From assembly GCF_035084215.1 (NCBI RefSeq), contig NC_090351.1, positions 33,790,001 to 33,854,000 of the forward strand: a DNA stretch of 64,000 nt, given 5' to 3'. The notes below the pieces were generated by a model. That model was not told where the DNA came from and made no database searches. It saw only the letters and a program-made list of their open reading frames with translations. Source of the DNA: Heptranchias perlo (taxonomy: Eukaryota). Below, piece after piece: positions 20,061-34,715 of this stretch. The translations under genes and the position numbers were made by a program. Each line of letters begins with the position of its first letter. Position 1 is the stretch's first letter.

Positions 20061-22176
20061 TGTTTTATTCACAAAGAAGAGATCAGCACTTGTCGTCAGT
20101 CACCCAGCTCTTCGTTCTCATATCTAAATAAATATCTTCATGATGCGAGGAATTTAAATGAGGAAGAAAGTAGCAGGAAGCCAGATCGTGAAACCGCAGG
20201 AAGCCAGCCGATGAAATGTTACCCCTGAGAACTTGAAATATTGTCAGTTATATTTAACAAACAAAACTAAACTAATTTTCATCAATGAATAGAAAATTGT
20301 GAAAACAGGAATGTGAAAATGTTAACAGGAATGGAGAATGGCGACCCAAGCAAAGTATTTATGCTGAATTGTGAGGTGACATCCAGAACACAAGTGAGAA
20401 AAAAACCTCAGGCAAGTGTTGAGATTGGCAGGAAGATTCAATCCCCTCTCCTTCCCACAGTGTACTGTGTATGGAAACTAGTTTCACAGATAAAACAGTT
20501 AATGCTGTGCTTATTAACAGCATGAAGAATGTCTGGCCACATAGTCGGAAATCCCTTAAAGTCACATGTTAAGTGTCAGAATCATACCAACAACAACAAC
20601 AACTTGCATTTATATAGCACCTTTAACACAATAAAATGTTTCACGGTGCTTCACAGGAGCGATTGTCATGCAAAATTTGGCACCAAGACACATAAGTCGA
20701 TATTAGGACATGTGACTAAAAGCTTGGTCAAAGAGGTAGGTTTTAAGGAGCATCTTAAAGGAGGAGAGAGAGATAGAGAGGGGGAGAGGTTTAGGGAGGG
20801 AATTCCAGAGCTTAGGGCCAATGCAGCTGAGGGTACGGCCAGCAATGGTGGAGCGATTAAAATGGGGGATGCGCTAGAGTCAAGAATTGGAGGAGCGCAG
20901 AGATGGTGGTGGTGAGGTAGAGCTGGGTGTGATCAGCGTACATGTGGAATCTGACGATGTGTTTTCAGATGATGTCACCGAGGGGCAGCATGTAGATGAG
21001 AAATAGGTGGGTCCAAGGATAGATCCTTGTGGGACTCCAGAGGTAACATCGGGCACACTACCCATGATTTCCTGTTTGTTAACGTTAATGGATGGTGACA
21101 TGGACTCTGGGACATTTCCACCCACCATGTTCTTTCACATGGGTGTCGGGTTGTGGTACATTGTCCTAGTGTGCAGCACCACACAGTAATGCACACAGTT
21201 CCACATCCACTGTTCGGGGTGAATTTTAACCTCAGGAACGGGTGGTTTGGGCGTGGTTGGGAAGGTAACAATTGTAAAAATGTAAAGCCCGACCCCAACC
21301 TGCCCACTTCCGGTTATAACGGAGGCGGTTCGAGGGGTGGGCGACCAACCCGTTCTCAGGAGACGGGTCGGTCAGTGAAAGCTTTTAAGGAGGCTGCGGG
21401 CGTCCATTTTGAAAGATTTTTTATTTTCAACTCCTGGGGGCCGGGATTACCGGGCCTTCTGCTTCAGGCCACGTGAGAGGAGGCAAGAAGGCCTGGATCA
21501 GCAGTGAAGTGCTTTTATTGCATTGCTTGTGGGCCAGGAGGAGCAGGACTGCTTCCCCCAACAAGCTCACCTGCCGCGATCGCACACATGCGGTCTCTGA
21601 CACCCCCCCCAACTATCACCGAACCCCTCCCCCATGATCTCCGACACCCACCCCCCGAATGCCGCCCCCACCACGATTTCGAACCCCCCAATATCTGACC
21701 ACCCATGCCTGAGCCCCTGATGAACCTCCCAATGATCACAGACTCTAATGAGCCCCCCTGATGACCGACCCCCACCAATGGCCGAGCCTCTGATGACCCT
21801 GACCCCGAACCCCCTGATGACATCGATGAGCAACTACCCCCGCCGGCCCCCATTTAATACTTTTGTGCTGGCATCTGCTACCCCGCTGCTCCCCTGTCCG
21901 ACTGATAGCCAGCTTGTCAATCCAGCTGGACTGTCGGGCAGAAAACCTGCAGAAAAAGAATGAAATACTTCCTTTCGTCAAAATCGTAAGGACGTCTGGG
22001 AAACCCGGACTTCTAGGTTTCCAGTCAGGATTTCTGACCCCCCTCCCATGACCTGGCTCCCTGGTAAAATTTTACTCCCTCGTCTCCAAAAGATAAGACT
22101 CTTCCCCATTGGCAGGGAAAGAAAATTAAAAGCAATTGTATCCTTGAACATTTTTAAGTCGCTCTTTGGATACAAA

Positions 22177-24224
22177 GGGCCCGAATTTAGCAGGCCTGCG
22201 GGTTCCCAGCGGGTGGTCCTCCGGGAGCGTGGTCAACACGCTCGGTGAAATTAGTGGGTTGCCCGCGCGATCGTAGCAGGCAACCCACTAATAGGAATCA
22301 ATTACCTGCTCCTCCGGGGTCCACGGCGCTGGCCTGCGCGTCGGTCGGGCTGCGCATGCGCAGTACGATCTGTCAGCTGGAGGCTCTCTAGTTAAAGGGG
22401 CAGTCCTCCACTGACAGATGCTGCAACCAATGGGACAAATTGCAGCATGGAGCAGCCCAGGGGGAAGGCTGCTCCCAGTTTAATGATGCCTCACCCCAGC
22501 TATCATCAGATGGGGTGAGGAGGAGGGGGAGGACACAGATCTTCCCCCCGGCGGGCGGGAGGAAGCGGCCTGCCTCTGCCACCAAGAAGGCCTGGCTCGA
22601 GGTGGCAGAGGGGGTCACCTGCGCCACCAACATATCGCCCACCTGCATACAGTGCAGGAGGCGCTGCAATGACCGCAGTAGGTCAGCCGCAGTGAGAACA
22701 CGAAGTCTTTCCCCAACACTCCGTCTGCCACAACACTGCCCCCACCCCACATCTCCTTCGGCACCGCCAACACTATTCTGTCACATCACCCTTCATACCC
22801 ACTCACACCCCATCCTCATCTTACCTCCACCTACTCACCTCGCCAGTACTCACCCTGCCACTAACACGCAACCCACTCCTCATACAATCTCATTGCTCCA
22901 TCCCATACTCACCGTCTCGTGCATCTCCCTCACGGCCAGCCTCACTCAACCTGCCACCACCTGTGCTGCAGCCACAGGGCATGCATCACATATGTGCAGT
23001 CGGCAGCGTAAGGCAAACGTCTCGTCAGCATGTGGGTGCACAAGGGTGTCTGAGGGTTTGTCATGGGTGTTACCCATATTGAATTTCAGAGCAACAAACA
23101 GCACACATTATATTGACACCACCACTGCCATGTCTCCGCGAATCCTGTCCGTTGTGACCAATAATGCCCGCTCCTGGGTATCACTATGAGGACCCACCAC
23201 TGATGCCACCCATCGTGTTACTACAGAGTAGGTGCAGGTGTATTTGCAGGGCTCGTCCGCGCAGACGACTGAGAGACATCGGCGGTGTAGCCGGCTGCAC
23301 CCTGGAAGGATGCGGAGGAGAGGTTGTGGAGGGCAGTGGTGACTTTGCCAGCGACAGGTAAGCAGTTGGTGCTGGGGCCAGCCAGGAGCAGCTCGGCATG
23401 AAAGAGGCTGCAGATCTCCACGACTACATGTCGAGCGAATCTGCGCCTCCCTGTGCACTGCTGCTCGGAGAGGTCCGGGGAGCTGCGCCTCGGTCTGTGG
23501 ACCCCGTGGCGAGGGTAGTGCCCTCTGCGACGCGTCTCTCTCTGCGGTAGCCCTCCCTCCTGCTGTGCAGGTGGGCGTGCAACAACACCGTGTTGGGGGG
23601 ATCCACGTCCCTGCGGCGGACGGCGTGGACTGCGAGGCTGCTGGGGCTGGTCATGCTCTTCGTCCTCCGAGGGTCTCCACACACCACCCAACTGGCAGGT
23701 GTTGGTCTGAGGGGTTGTGCAGGGTAGGTGTGTGGTTCCTCGGACTGGGGCTGCGGTTTCGTGTCGGTCTGTCCTCTGGCTTGGCGGGGGGTGGTGGAGG
23801 GCAGGGCTTGCCCTATGTGACGCGGTGGCCTCCTGCGTGGGTGAGGGCTCTCCCCCGTGGAGCGCACCTTGGCACCTGCCACAGGCTGCTGGCTGCAACA
23901 CGCCTGGTTGGAGGGAGACTGTTTCCCCCAGTGTGGGAAACTCACTGCCTTGAACCTAAAATCCCACACTTCCTCTTTTGACAGCTGCTTCAGCTCATTA
24001 ACTGACCACAACGAGCAAGGTAAGTACTCTCAAGTGGAACCCCGCTGGCTTTAATTGCCTGCGGGATTCCCACCAGCGGGGCTTGCGCGCGCAGCCCCGC
24101 ACGTCAGCGCGGTACCCGGAAGTGGCCGGGATTTCGTCGCGATCCGGTCACGTGACCGGAGATCGGGATTTTCGGGGCCACCCCACTGGGAACCCGCCGG
24201 AAACACGCTCCTAAAATCGAGTCC
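22177..24224. mobile_element. Harbinger element, unit 2 copy
   Basis: Copy at +16780. Confidence 0.88.
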
Positions 24225-27200
24225 AAAGTGTCTTCGGGAGACTGGGATCAGCTGGGTGGCTGCTGTAGATTCCACTGAAGCTGGCACATGCTCCATTGGT
24301 GGCTGAAATGAAGAAAAAGCTTCCCCGATGTTGCTGCAGATGAGAACTGTAAACTCAAGTGTCACAGTTGTCAGTTGATCCACATCCTTGAACCCTGACC
24401 TTAGAGCCTGCATGTCGGTGTGATGTTCCTCAAACATCCTGCTTTTCAGGAAAGTATCCATGAGTTCGGGCTCTCAGGACTCCAAAGGCAAAGGCAGCCT
24501 TCTCATCGGCCTCCACATGGACGGTGGCACATTGTTACCTACTTCTCACACCTCCAGCCCGCTTGTGCTCTGTGAATCACCACACCCTCACAAAACACTA
24601 TCTAATTTTCCTCGGGTGAATGTACCTGAGCTGGTGCCTGGGATTTAAGAAGAAGGTGACAATGGTGATGAGTTGAAAGGTGTTGGGACAGAGGAACAAG
24701 GGCCATAAGGTGTCTGCAGGAAATCATGGGTTGGCTTCATCATCATCCTGGTCTACTGGTGGGTCAAGGAGACAGAGAAAGCAGTGGACGCTTGTTGGCG
24801 TGTGACACTTCATAGAGATGCCAGGGCAATGGTGTTATGTTGGCAATATGCCCAGACCTCCCCATCTCCCATGGCACGAGGAGAGTGATTCCCCATGAGT
24901 TCCATGGCCTCCTCCTCGTAGGACAAGTGTTCTAAAGTTAAGTATGGCAACCCGCTGGGCATTGTGCACTGCTTTCTCCTGCAAGAGGATGGAATAAATT
25001 AGGGGAAGGCTAGCAGCTGAGAGATGTGTGCCAAGTGTCTGAACCAGTTTGTGGGAGTTAAGAAGTAAGTGGGAGTTAAGGGAGTTGGGCAGGAGGTCTC
25101 TGCAGGAACTCATGGGTGTGCTTAAGTCTGACTTCATCTCCCTTCCCCCGCCAATGGCAGAGTTGAAGTAAGAGCTGGAGCCTGTTAGTGTTGACAAAGG
25201 GGTTTTAGGGTTGTGCATGGAAATAATTGCCTTTCGGGGAGATGGATAACCATAGTGTTGGATGCCAAGCTGGGAGCCCCTTAACCAGAGTGCATTGTGA
25301 AGGGTTAGTTGTGTTGCTGATACTTTTCGATGGTGAAGAGTGTGCTGGTGCCAGGGAAGTAAAGGCAGTGTGGCCAGTGTATTACTTGCCAGTCCAGGTC
25401 AGGTCAGTAAAGTTCTTTGTATCTGGGGTTGAGAGTTGTTAGTCAGTGCTGGTGCTCCCTCCCTTCGGGTGGCACAGGTGACATTTCAGGCACAAATCCC
25501 CTGCTTTTCTTCAAATTTTACCATGGGTCTCATATCCTCGGCAGACTGCACCTTGGCTTAACAACCAATCCAAGAGGCAGCACCTCTGACAGTGCAGCAC
25601 TCGCTCAGTACAGCATTAAAGTGTCAGGCTACATTATGTGCTCAAAGCTCTGGAGTGGGGCCTGAACTCACAACCTTCTGACTCAGAGGTGAGAGTGCTG
25701 CCACTGAGCCAAGGCTGAAGCTCGTCTCTGGACCGAGATTCCCCTCAGACCCGGCCGTATTTCCAGCACTTGGTTATTTTACACATGGGAGGTCGACTCA
25801 TTGGTCACCATCTGTCAGGAAGCACATCTTCACACAAAGACTGGTGGAAATCTAGAACTCTCTTCCCAAAAACGCTGTTGAGGCTGGGGGTCAACTGAAA
25901 ATTTCAAAACTGAGATTGATGAATTTTTCCCTCAGATCTAGCCGTGTTTCCTGCACTGGGTTCTTGTACATATGGGAGGCCAACTCCTTGGTCTCCACCT
26001 GATGGTCTGCGATTGATACCTTGCAGGCGTTTGGATCTTGCTGCGCAGGGAAATAGGTGGCCAGCAAGCTGTCTGATTCAAAAATATTTTCGTTTTCTTT
26101 AAAGCCTTCAAATTTTATTCGGGGCGCCTGTGCATGGCGGCACTCTGAGAGTTTTGTTGGCCCAGGGCCCCCTGCGCCGATACCTGAACGTGACACACGT
26201 TATTTGTCTGTCAGCTGAAGAGATAAGGAGGGTAAAATTCGTCATGGGCATTACTGCAAAATGGACACCAGCAAAACAGCAGCCCATTTTACACTCCGCA
26301 CAATTTTCTTTTCCATCGTGGCCCAAGACGAATTTCACCTCGAATTTACACTGGAAATCTGTCTTATTTCCTTTGTGTACTTGATGGGTAAAAGTTTCAC
26401 TGTTGACCCTGTAGCCCTCATCCCAAATTACTTTACCATAAGGTCATGTTTCAGTTCATTGGCAGCGTGTGCCTGAATCATAACAGGCATGAAATGCATG
26501 GAGGAAGTAGTGAATTTTTTAATCTTCTCCTGATCGATAATAAGTTTTCGGAAACTGAAAAATGATGAGAGAATTCTGAAGAAATGCTGTAAATTTATTT
26601 TAAGTGTCTGCATTATTTTTGTCAGTGCCCAGCTAAGTAAATGTCTTGTCATGCACACCTGCATTCAGACCTGTTGTTCTGTTTCTTCTTCTCTCCCCTT
26701 AACCCTTCCTTTTCCCAGTTAAAATGCAATCTTGTCCCATTGATGTAATAAGACAGTTAGAGGAGCAGTAAAGGTGAGTGTTCTCACTTATAATTTACTC
26801 CTCAAATCAATAGGGCTCGCAACATTGAATGTCAGATGTCTCAGATTTATTAAGTCTACACCTGCATTTAAACATACACTTAACAGCAGTACTTACGACA
26901 AGAACCTTACGAGTTAAGTCGGAGGACTCAAACGCGTTACAATTCCAACCTCAGTATGTTGGTTGCAGATCATAATCGAGTCCCGAGTATCTGTTCCAAC
27001 ACCTACTTTTTACACCTTTTTCTTACCCCCTCTACGAGACAGTCCACACGTTACTGTATTACCAAATACAAGTCCATATAAGGTGAATATTAATGATCTG
27101 CTTCCTTTGTTCCTTATCAATAATTTTAGCTTTTATCCAATTACTTTTCCATAGATCGGTACAATTCCCCAACCTTTTTATCTTATCAAAGCTTCACTCT

Positions 27201-28221
27201 TGTTGCTAATCTATCAAGTGAAACTACTAATTTTAAATCTGGACCATGCCATACCAATCTCTTGCTTCTAAAAAGGATGATGTGTTTGCAGATATTTCCT
27301 TCTGCAGCAACTGATTAAAGTTCTCTGCAGGAAGCACTGGAATGTTTTTAATTAGGTTTATTGTCTAAACTGACCATTGCTTTAAGGTCAGTCTTAATTC
27401 AACAGTTCAGTGGTTACTGCATCTAAATTGACTTACACTTCCTCACTCAACAGGCTAAATACAATATAAAGAGAAATCAGTAACAGTATAACATTGGCAG
27501 ATTTCAGGACAATCTGATTAACATAAATTAATGAGGCCCCCCGCCTGCTTTAGTGAGGCAACTCATCCACATGCAGAATCTTGCAGGTTCAAATCTGAAA
27601 TGGCACGAATAGGTTGGGACCTGAGGGGGAGGTTTCTAACGACCTATCCGCTCGGTTAAAATCAACCCCTCCGTTTTTTATAAAACACACTCAATATTAA
27701 TTTTAACCCAATAAAGCTTTTGAAATTTATCCTCTTCTTCCTCAAAATTATTTGAAGAAAAATGACTGAGCCGAAATGCTCGATGATTAAGAGAAATATT
27801 CCATTTGTACAGCTGACTGAATTGTCCTATTGCATCCTATGAAATTAGCTACACTATAACTACACTGCATCATATGACTACACTTCGGCAAATCCTTAAC
27901 AAATGCAGACATATAATCTGAAAAATTGACACAAAAAGTGTGACAAAAATTTTACAAAAGGAAGCCAGGTTGTGCAGACAGAAAGTGGCCACAGACATAA
28001 ATTTTTAATACGATCGAGATAGATCGAAAGATAGCCACCAATTCGAAGCACGCAGCCATCATTTTAGTTTTGATTTTTTTCTCCACTAATTTAATAGTCA
28101 AGTTCATTTAATGACCAATTCCATTTTTATTGTACATTTGGTAAAACGGGAAAGCTGGATGAACAATGAATATTTGATCAGGACACAAAATTCCATCAAG
28201 GTAGATGCAATCAGGAAATCT

Positions 28222-28269
28222 TCATCTTGCCACGTTGGCCGACCTGTGGTGATCTGATTCGTTGAGTAG
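28222..28269 (-). CDS. Receptor copy B, exon 6: cytoplasmic tail
   Basis: Copy of 11442-11489. Confidence 0.65.
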   Translation of the reverse strand, partial: LLNESDHHRSANVAR

Positions 28270-29174
28270 CTGAAAGTGAAAATATTTAATGCATCAGATT
28301 CATTGATATTGAGAAGTGTGCGTTATTTTACATGTCAGTTCTGAACAGAATTCTATCTGAAACTGTTAACAAGTTGAGGAAAGGCCTGCGATAGACTGGA
28401 GCTGTGTTGAGATCACACTCCTCCCTCCCCCATCACCATTGCACGTGTGCTGGGAAAAGGTGTCAGTTGTGCCCCTTTTGCTGGAACACCATTTTCTCAC
28501 ATTCAACATGGGTTTTTCTGCAACCGTGACGGTGGACAGTTGACATCAGAAAACGGTTGACTTTATTAAATATATTTTAGATAGTCCAGTTGAGGTTCCC
28601 AGCAACAATAGAATTAGGTCTGTGTCTGAGCACCCTGGTGCTCGACTGGATAAACAAATCAGAATGGAATCTTTTCTTGACTGTATTAGTACAGCTTGGC
28701 TCAGTGGTAGCACTCTCATTTCAGATGTCAAAAGGTTGTGGGTTCAAGTCCCAGTCCAGGGACTTCAGCACATAATCTAGGCTGGCACTTCAGCACTGTG
28801 CTGAGGGAGTGCTCTATTGTCAGATGAAACGTTAATGGAGGGCCCCATCTGTTTGTTCAGGTGGACAGAAAAGATTCCATGACACTATTTGAAGAAGAGC
28901 AAAGGAGTTCTCCCAATATTCTGGCCAAAACAGATTAACCGGTCATTTATCTCATCTGCTGTGTTTGGGACCTTTCTGTGTGCAAATTGTCTGCCACTTT
29001 TGTCTCCATAACAACAGTAACACTTCAAAAGTAACTCATTGGATGTAAAGAGATTGGGACATCTTGAAGATATAAAAGAGTCTATATAAACGCAGGTTCT
29101 TTCTTTATTATATCTGTGACAAATATTTTTGAAAGAATTTTTGGAGTGTTTCATACAAAGTCCTTAATCCTTAC

Positions 29175-29265
29175 CTTAGTTTTTCTCGTACACGTTGTGA
29201 CCGAAACAGTACAAATCACCAGGAGAGCAAAGAGCACCCAGCGTAGCACACTCCACACAATGTAA
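29175..29265 (-). CDS. Receptor copy B, exon 5: transmembrane (..TCTRKTK allele)
   Basis: Copy of 12395-12485 with one K/R substitution. Confidence 0.88.
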
Positions 29266-30123
29266 CTGAGCAAAAGGGGAGAAATACAAAATCATTCACA
29301 AGAAACGGGATTGCTTTGTGTCTGAAACATTTATCTCCTGTTTACACTGTAATCTTAGTATTTTGTATCAATGTAAAGCCGCAGAACCAAGGGACTTTAG
29401 CTGGGAAACTAAACTGTTGTTTGACTTATGGAGGAAAGTCAACTTTGTGATCATTAGATAAAGGCCAAATGAAGCAAAGTTCATTAACATGTCCACAATG
29501 TGCAGCTATAAAGGCACGGCACAATTTTATAATTGAGGACTTTATAAAAGTGACTGACCATCTGCCTGGGGCCATGTAACAGTGGTAATATGTCTCCTCA
29601 GGGATGATCACAATAACATCAACCTGCAACTGCTCATCTGCACCTTCTTTCAGGCAATTGCTGAGCAGCTGGAAACAGGCAGCCTTCCCGTTCTCTCAGT
29701 TTGGAAACAGTGTATAACATGGGCAAACTGAGAAGGTGAAAATGACGGAGAATGCAAATGCCACTCCAGAATAGTGGAAGGCAAACCAGCATTGCTGGGG
29801 TTTGGCAAGTACAACTCATCTCACGCCATGAGATTAGGTTAGCGGTAAAGTAATGAAGGTGAATAATGCAAACAGCACCACCTGAGGGGTGGCAAAATGG
29901 AGGTGCTTACTTCTTATTCTGATTCTCCACCAACAAAAATAGCACCTTTGTTCGGAAGCCAACACAACAGCATGATGTAAATCCAGCCACCATTTCCATT
30001 ATGGTGAGTTATAGCCTGGATGAGTAAATGTTTGTGAACCCTTGTGCCAAATTTCTTAAAGAACATTTATTCTCTCAGATGGAAACAGTGCCAATCAAAA
30101 CACCAGCAATGAGAACATTGTAC

Positions 30124-30247
30124 CTTTTGCTGGCAGATGTGGAACCTGAAGATGTGGTTCGATTTTCAGTGGAATTGATATTTTTACTTGTGGAACATGG
30201 AGTTGTTGGTGACACTTTTGAATAAACTTCACATTCATATACAAGTC
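30124..30247 (-). CDS. Receptor copy B, exon 4: stalk
   Basis: Copy of 13344-13467 at +16780. Confidence 0.8.
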
Positions 30248-31033
30248 CTATTGAGGCAAGGGAATAAAGTTTAGATTCACCTGATTTTCACTTGTGGTCA
30301 ACCTAGAGAACACTATTGTTAAAAGGAACCTCAGTACTTGAGTAAAATCCTGGTTGGTATATTGGATTTGGATGCTTTCATTTCTGTGTAATTTCCCCTC
30401 TCTGATAGCAAGGAGAGATGCTGCTAACACCTGGCAGCGGCCCATTTTTAGTGATATTTCAGTTATTTCCCCATATCCGAGTGTTTGCATTACAGAATTA
30501 CTATTGGGACAGTTAAAGATCTCGGGTTGGTGGGTCTACAAACCAGATATTCCCTTTTTTGCCCCACGCAAACGTAAAGGAAAGTTAGAGCCAGGGAATG
30601 ATCTCTGCCACCACCGGAAAGTGTATTCCTGGGCGCCTAGCAACCGCGATGCTGCCCTGGAGCGATGTCCTCAGTGGAATAGGAACATCAGCAGTGCATT
30701 GAGCTCATCGGGAAATATTAGACCAATAATTACTGTTGTCGATATTAGTAGACAAGCAGTTAAAATTCGTAAGGCATTCCTCGTTTAAAAGAATGTTTCA
30801 TTCAGAACAGCAGATAAAGGAATGTCACACGCACACATTAAACAGTCGCCTGCTAATACTGACAACGGTCAATTCTAGCCTTTTGGGGTCAGTTTCCTGA
30901 GCTTGCCAAGTGATGGGAAACCTCAGCCACCGGGAGTGGATATCGCATATCAGGGACAGGCTCGCAAACAGATGCAATAGACATTAGTTTTAAAAATTCA
31001 GTTCCCATATTGTTTGTTTAAAGTAACACTTAC

Positions 31034-31357
31034 CAATGCTGCTGATTCGAGCCACATAACTGCAGTTTTTCTCTGATCTGTTCCAGACTGACACATCAAC
31101 CATTTCACTGGATTTTCCTCCATTATTATTTGAGGCTCTGCAGTAATATTGATGATGAACTTGGGTGAAGGAAGAACATTGTAGATCCAGTTTATCAGAT
31201 TCAGAGATCGTTAAATCTTCAGACGTGGCCTTTTTATACCATGTGTACTGAATGGGAAGGGACCCTTGGACAGACTCACAGGAGACTGACACTGAGCCCC
31301 CAAAACATGAGGCACTTGATGGTGATAAAAATCGAAGTACAGGAACAGACACAGATT
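31034..31357 (-). CDS. Receptor copy B, exon 3: C2 domain (GSLPIQY allele)
   Basis: ORF 30990..31352; same splice sites as copy A. Confidence 0.92.
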
Positions 31358-34300
31358 CTGTGGGAAAGAAACAAACATTCAGACACTGACTGACTCTGCT
31401 TCTTGCACTGGATCCAAACTATCCCTGATCTTTAATGGGATGAGAGAGATTAAATAGCCTTCAAAAGCACCTGAAAGAAGAGGAACAATTGTGCAAGTTT
31501 TTGCTTTTTTTGAAAAACAGCAGCATAATTGATCCAGATGGAAATAATCTTCTCATCATTTTTGCTTTGATGAAACCCATCATGAATTTGCCAGGTTGGA
31601 GCAGTCTATGGGGTAGAAATTGGGATGTGTTTTGTTCCAATTCCGGGCGTAAAATGGTGCAACGTATACCAATTGCTGGGCGTGAAGTCCTGTGCCCGAT
31701 TTGCATTGGGGCATGCCCACTGCCCTATTGGTCGACTCTGTTTTTAGGCGTCCCTAGTGGTCGCCTGAAAGCAGCGTTGCATTAATTTAAATATGCAAAT
31801 AAGGGTCCTGGGCATGTTTTAGGAACCTTCTGCAAAATTTTTGAGAAACTAGGCAGAGCATACACCGTGAATGTTCTGACGAGCTTACCCAGCTCTACAG
31901 TGGCCTAACCAGAGTTCCTTAAAGAGACCTGTGGAGATCACTGAAGAATCGCGACTGCGCTCGGTCCCCCAGCGTTTTCCACCGGTGTCCAAGCAGGACT
32001 TTCCTGAGGGCCGCTGGTGAATAGACAGCAGGCTCAAATTTGATCCCCAATGTTGGAAGTAGCCAGCAGCTCGCCTCTATTATCAAAATGAGGCCAATTT
32101 CAGATGAGCCTCAGGCCTCTGGCTTCTTGGGGCGCGCTTTCAGCCTGTCGCTTATTTTGGGTCCAGAAATGAGCCCAAAAGAATTTCCAACCCTATTGTT
32201 TTCAGGTGGGGGTTTGGTCGAATGTTGAATGCATTTCCAGGAATGGCCTGACCCAGGTCCAGTTTGTACCAGAACTCCCTCATATGGGAATTCTGCAACC
32301 AACATCGAAAAATCAAATGCTTTCCAATGTTCATTTTACTTCTGAGACAAAACCAGAATAAGCTTTCCTGTAACTCAGCCAGGCCCTGCCATTTTGGAAC
32401 CTCACCAGCACATCTACATCTCCATGTCTCTCCATCCTGCGAGCAGCCTGAACTACCATGTCTAATATCAGAACATAGCAGGGCTCCAGATCAGGAGAGC
32501 AGTAATGATACTGGGGATGTGTCAATTTGAAAATCAGGGCTAACAATTTCTCTCAGTGGTAGGTTACCAGCCTCCAATGCTGTTTAATTGTTTGACACTC
32601 GAACATGAGCTAGTTGGAGAAAGTCCGAGAAACCACAGCAGAATATGAGTGCAAAAAACTGGAGATTTCTACACATGTTCTGTGGCTTTAGACAGGGAGA
32701 GTAATTATGATTGGTTTCAGCGAACTGCAGCTGAAAAGCAACCCTTTATCTCAGTTTTATTGGAGCAGCCAAAGCACAAAGGTGACCAGCTTGACACTTT
32801 CAATGAGAATTGTCAGGTCTTCAGTGCTGTTGCGGCCACACCCTGTTCTCAGAAACTGATTAGGACAAAATTTGCTTTGTGACTGGACAGTCTCTCTTTG
32901 AAATGTTACTGCTTGCCAGCCTGTCCCTCAGCACTTCCCTACTCACCCACCCAGATCCATTGAAAAATCAATAGGAGGTGTAGAGGATGTAGAAGATTGT
33001 ATTTAGTATTTGATCCTTCAGGAGGTTTGCTTAGGAGGAAGATAATGGGCCATAATTTGCTGTGGCAGAGCATCCAACGGTGTTTGCCGTTGGTTAGACT
33101 TGCCCTTGCTCGTTTAGGTTTCAAATTGTTTGCGGGTAAGTTACTGAAAGTGCGAGTTGATAACATCGCAGCGAGGGAAACAGGGCATCTGGGACCTGAG
33201 TGGACAGAGCAAGAAACCATGTATCTCCTTCACCAGTCAGATTCAAGGATTTTGAAATAATCAATGCAAGGATTGAGAAGGAAGTGTAAATGACAATGGA
33301 TTGAATGTCCAATCAGGTACAGAAAGAGAAATAAAGAGAGGGAAAGAAGGATTGGATGAAGAGAGAAAGAAAAAGGAAATGTACATTTTTAAAATCTCCA
33401 ACTACAATTAAAACCTGAAGGATTGAAACTCCACACTTGTAAGTTTTCAGTGCCAAAGAGGTTGCTTGGCAGTAAATAACACTTATCACGTTGTTAAAAG
33501 GGTACTCAGACTTGAAATGACTTGACTCAACTTACTGTGGAGAGTTTAATTTGTATCTACCGTGCAAATACAGCAACTTCATGCCGTTCAATGTATTTCA
33601 ATGGTGCGGCAGACAGCAAGATGCCCTTTTTGTGAAGCTAAGGGCAGAATGGTGCAACTTGGACAGCAACTTTTGGATTTCTGTGTTTAACCAGGCATCT
33701 GCCCCTCGCCTGAATTTGCTGCACCATTTGCGTGTAAATAATGGCGATCGCCATTAGTCTCACCGCTATTTTGACAGCAAAATCTGGCCCAACGTGACAA
33801 CATGAATAAAGAGGCTTCTTTTACCATCAAGAGAGTGATCTAGCTTTTCAATTTTAAGTTTAGCTTGCTTGTAAAGTTGAACTGTATTGTGCTGACCTAA
33901 GTATCTGGTTGATTCTGTATGCCTCCCATCAGATCAGGAAACCTACAAAAATCTGTTACGCTCTTGTGGATTGATTCCATTTTTAGTGTTTTCTAGGTAT
34001 TTATCCCATTAAAGACTACTTGCTTCTTACTGCTTTTGTTATTGTCTTTCTATTAGTTTTTGGCCTGAATGTAAACATCTGACAGTGTGAAACTTGATAC
34101 AGTTCAGAGACAGGAAGATGTGTTGAGCATCCATGTGAGGTCTGGTGTAATACACTGCAGTTAAAGTAACTGTTGGTCCCATAATACGTGAAATTTTTGG
34201 TTGGATAGTTGGACAGGCCACGAATTGCGTGTGAGCAACACGAGTCGTATTTCCAGACCTCTGCCCACTTCCTGGAAGACTCTGCACTGCTGCGGAGCCT

Positions 34301-34391
34301 CGGAAAATCAGTGCTGTATTTTTCTTCCCAGATGAAACATTGAACAGACATTTTAGTCGTGTATAATAAAGTATATCACTGAGAAAAGTAC

Positions 34392-34715
34392 CGTAAGATA
34401 TTTGTAGTCGTAAGTTAAACCTTGGATCGATGCCAGATTGTTCAATACCACAGCTGTACCATCCTGTATCTCCCGAGCGAAGAGCCTTCATAGTAACAAC
34501 GAATATTCCTTCTCTCTTGTTATCTGTGATTGACATTCTTCCTCGCTGTCCATCTTGCTCACTTGTTTTTACTAAAACTGAACAACTACTAGTCCAGCCA
34601 TGACACCAGTATTTCACATATGACCAGTACGTATGTTTGTCATAGTGACAGTCTATTGTGATCGCTCTTCCCACAACTCCATTTACATTTTTTTTTGCCC
34701 ACAATGCACCTGAAA
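34392..34715 (-). CDS. Receptor copy B, exon 2: V domain
   Basis: Translation identical to other copies (ORF 34039..34704). Confidence 0.92.

Larger units (their letters stand above)
16781..33560. repeat. Tandem duplication unit 2 (16,780 bp), nearly identical to unit 1
   Basis: Constant +16780 offset with no indels seen; only about a dozen SNPs versus unit 1 spotted by eye. Confidence 0.98.
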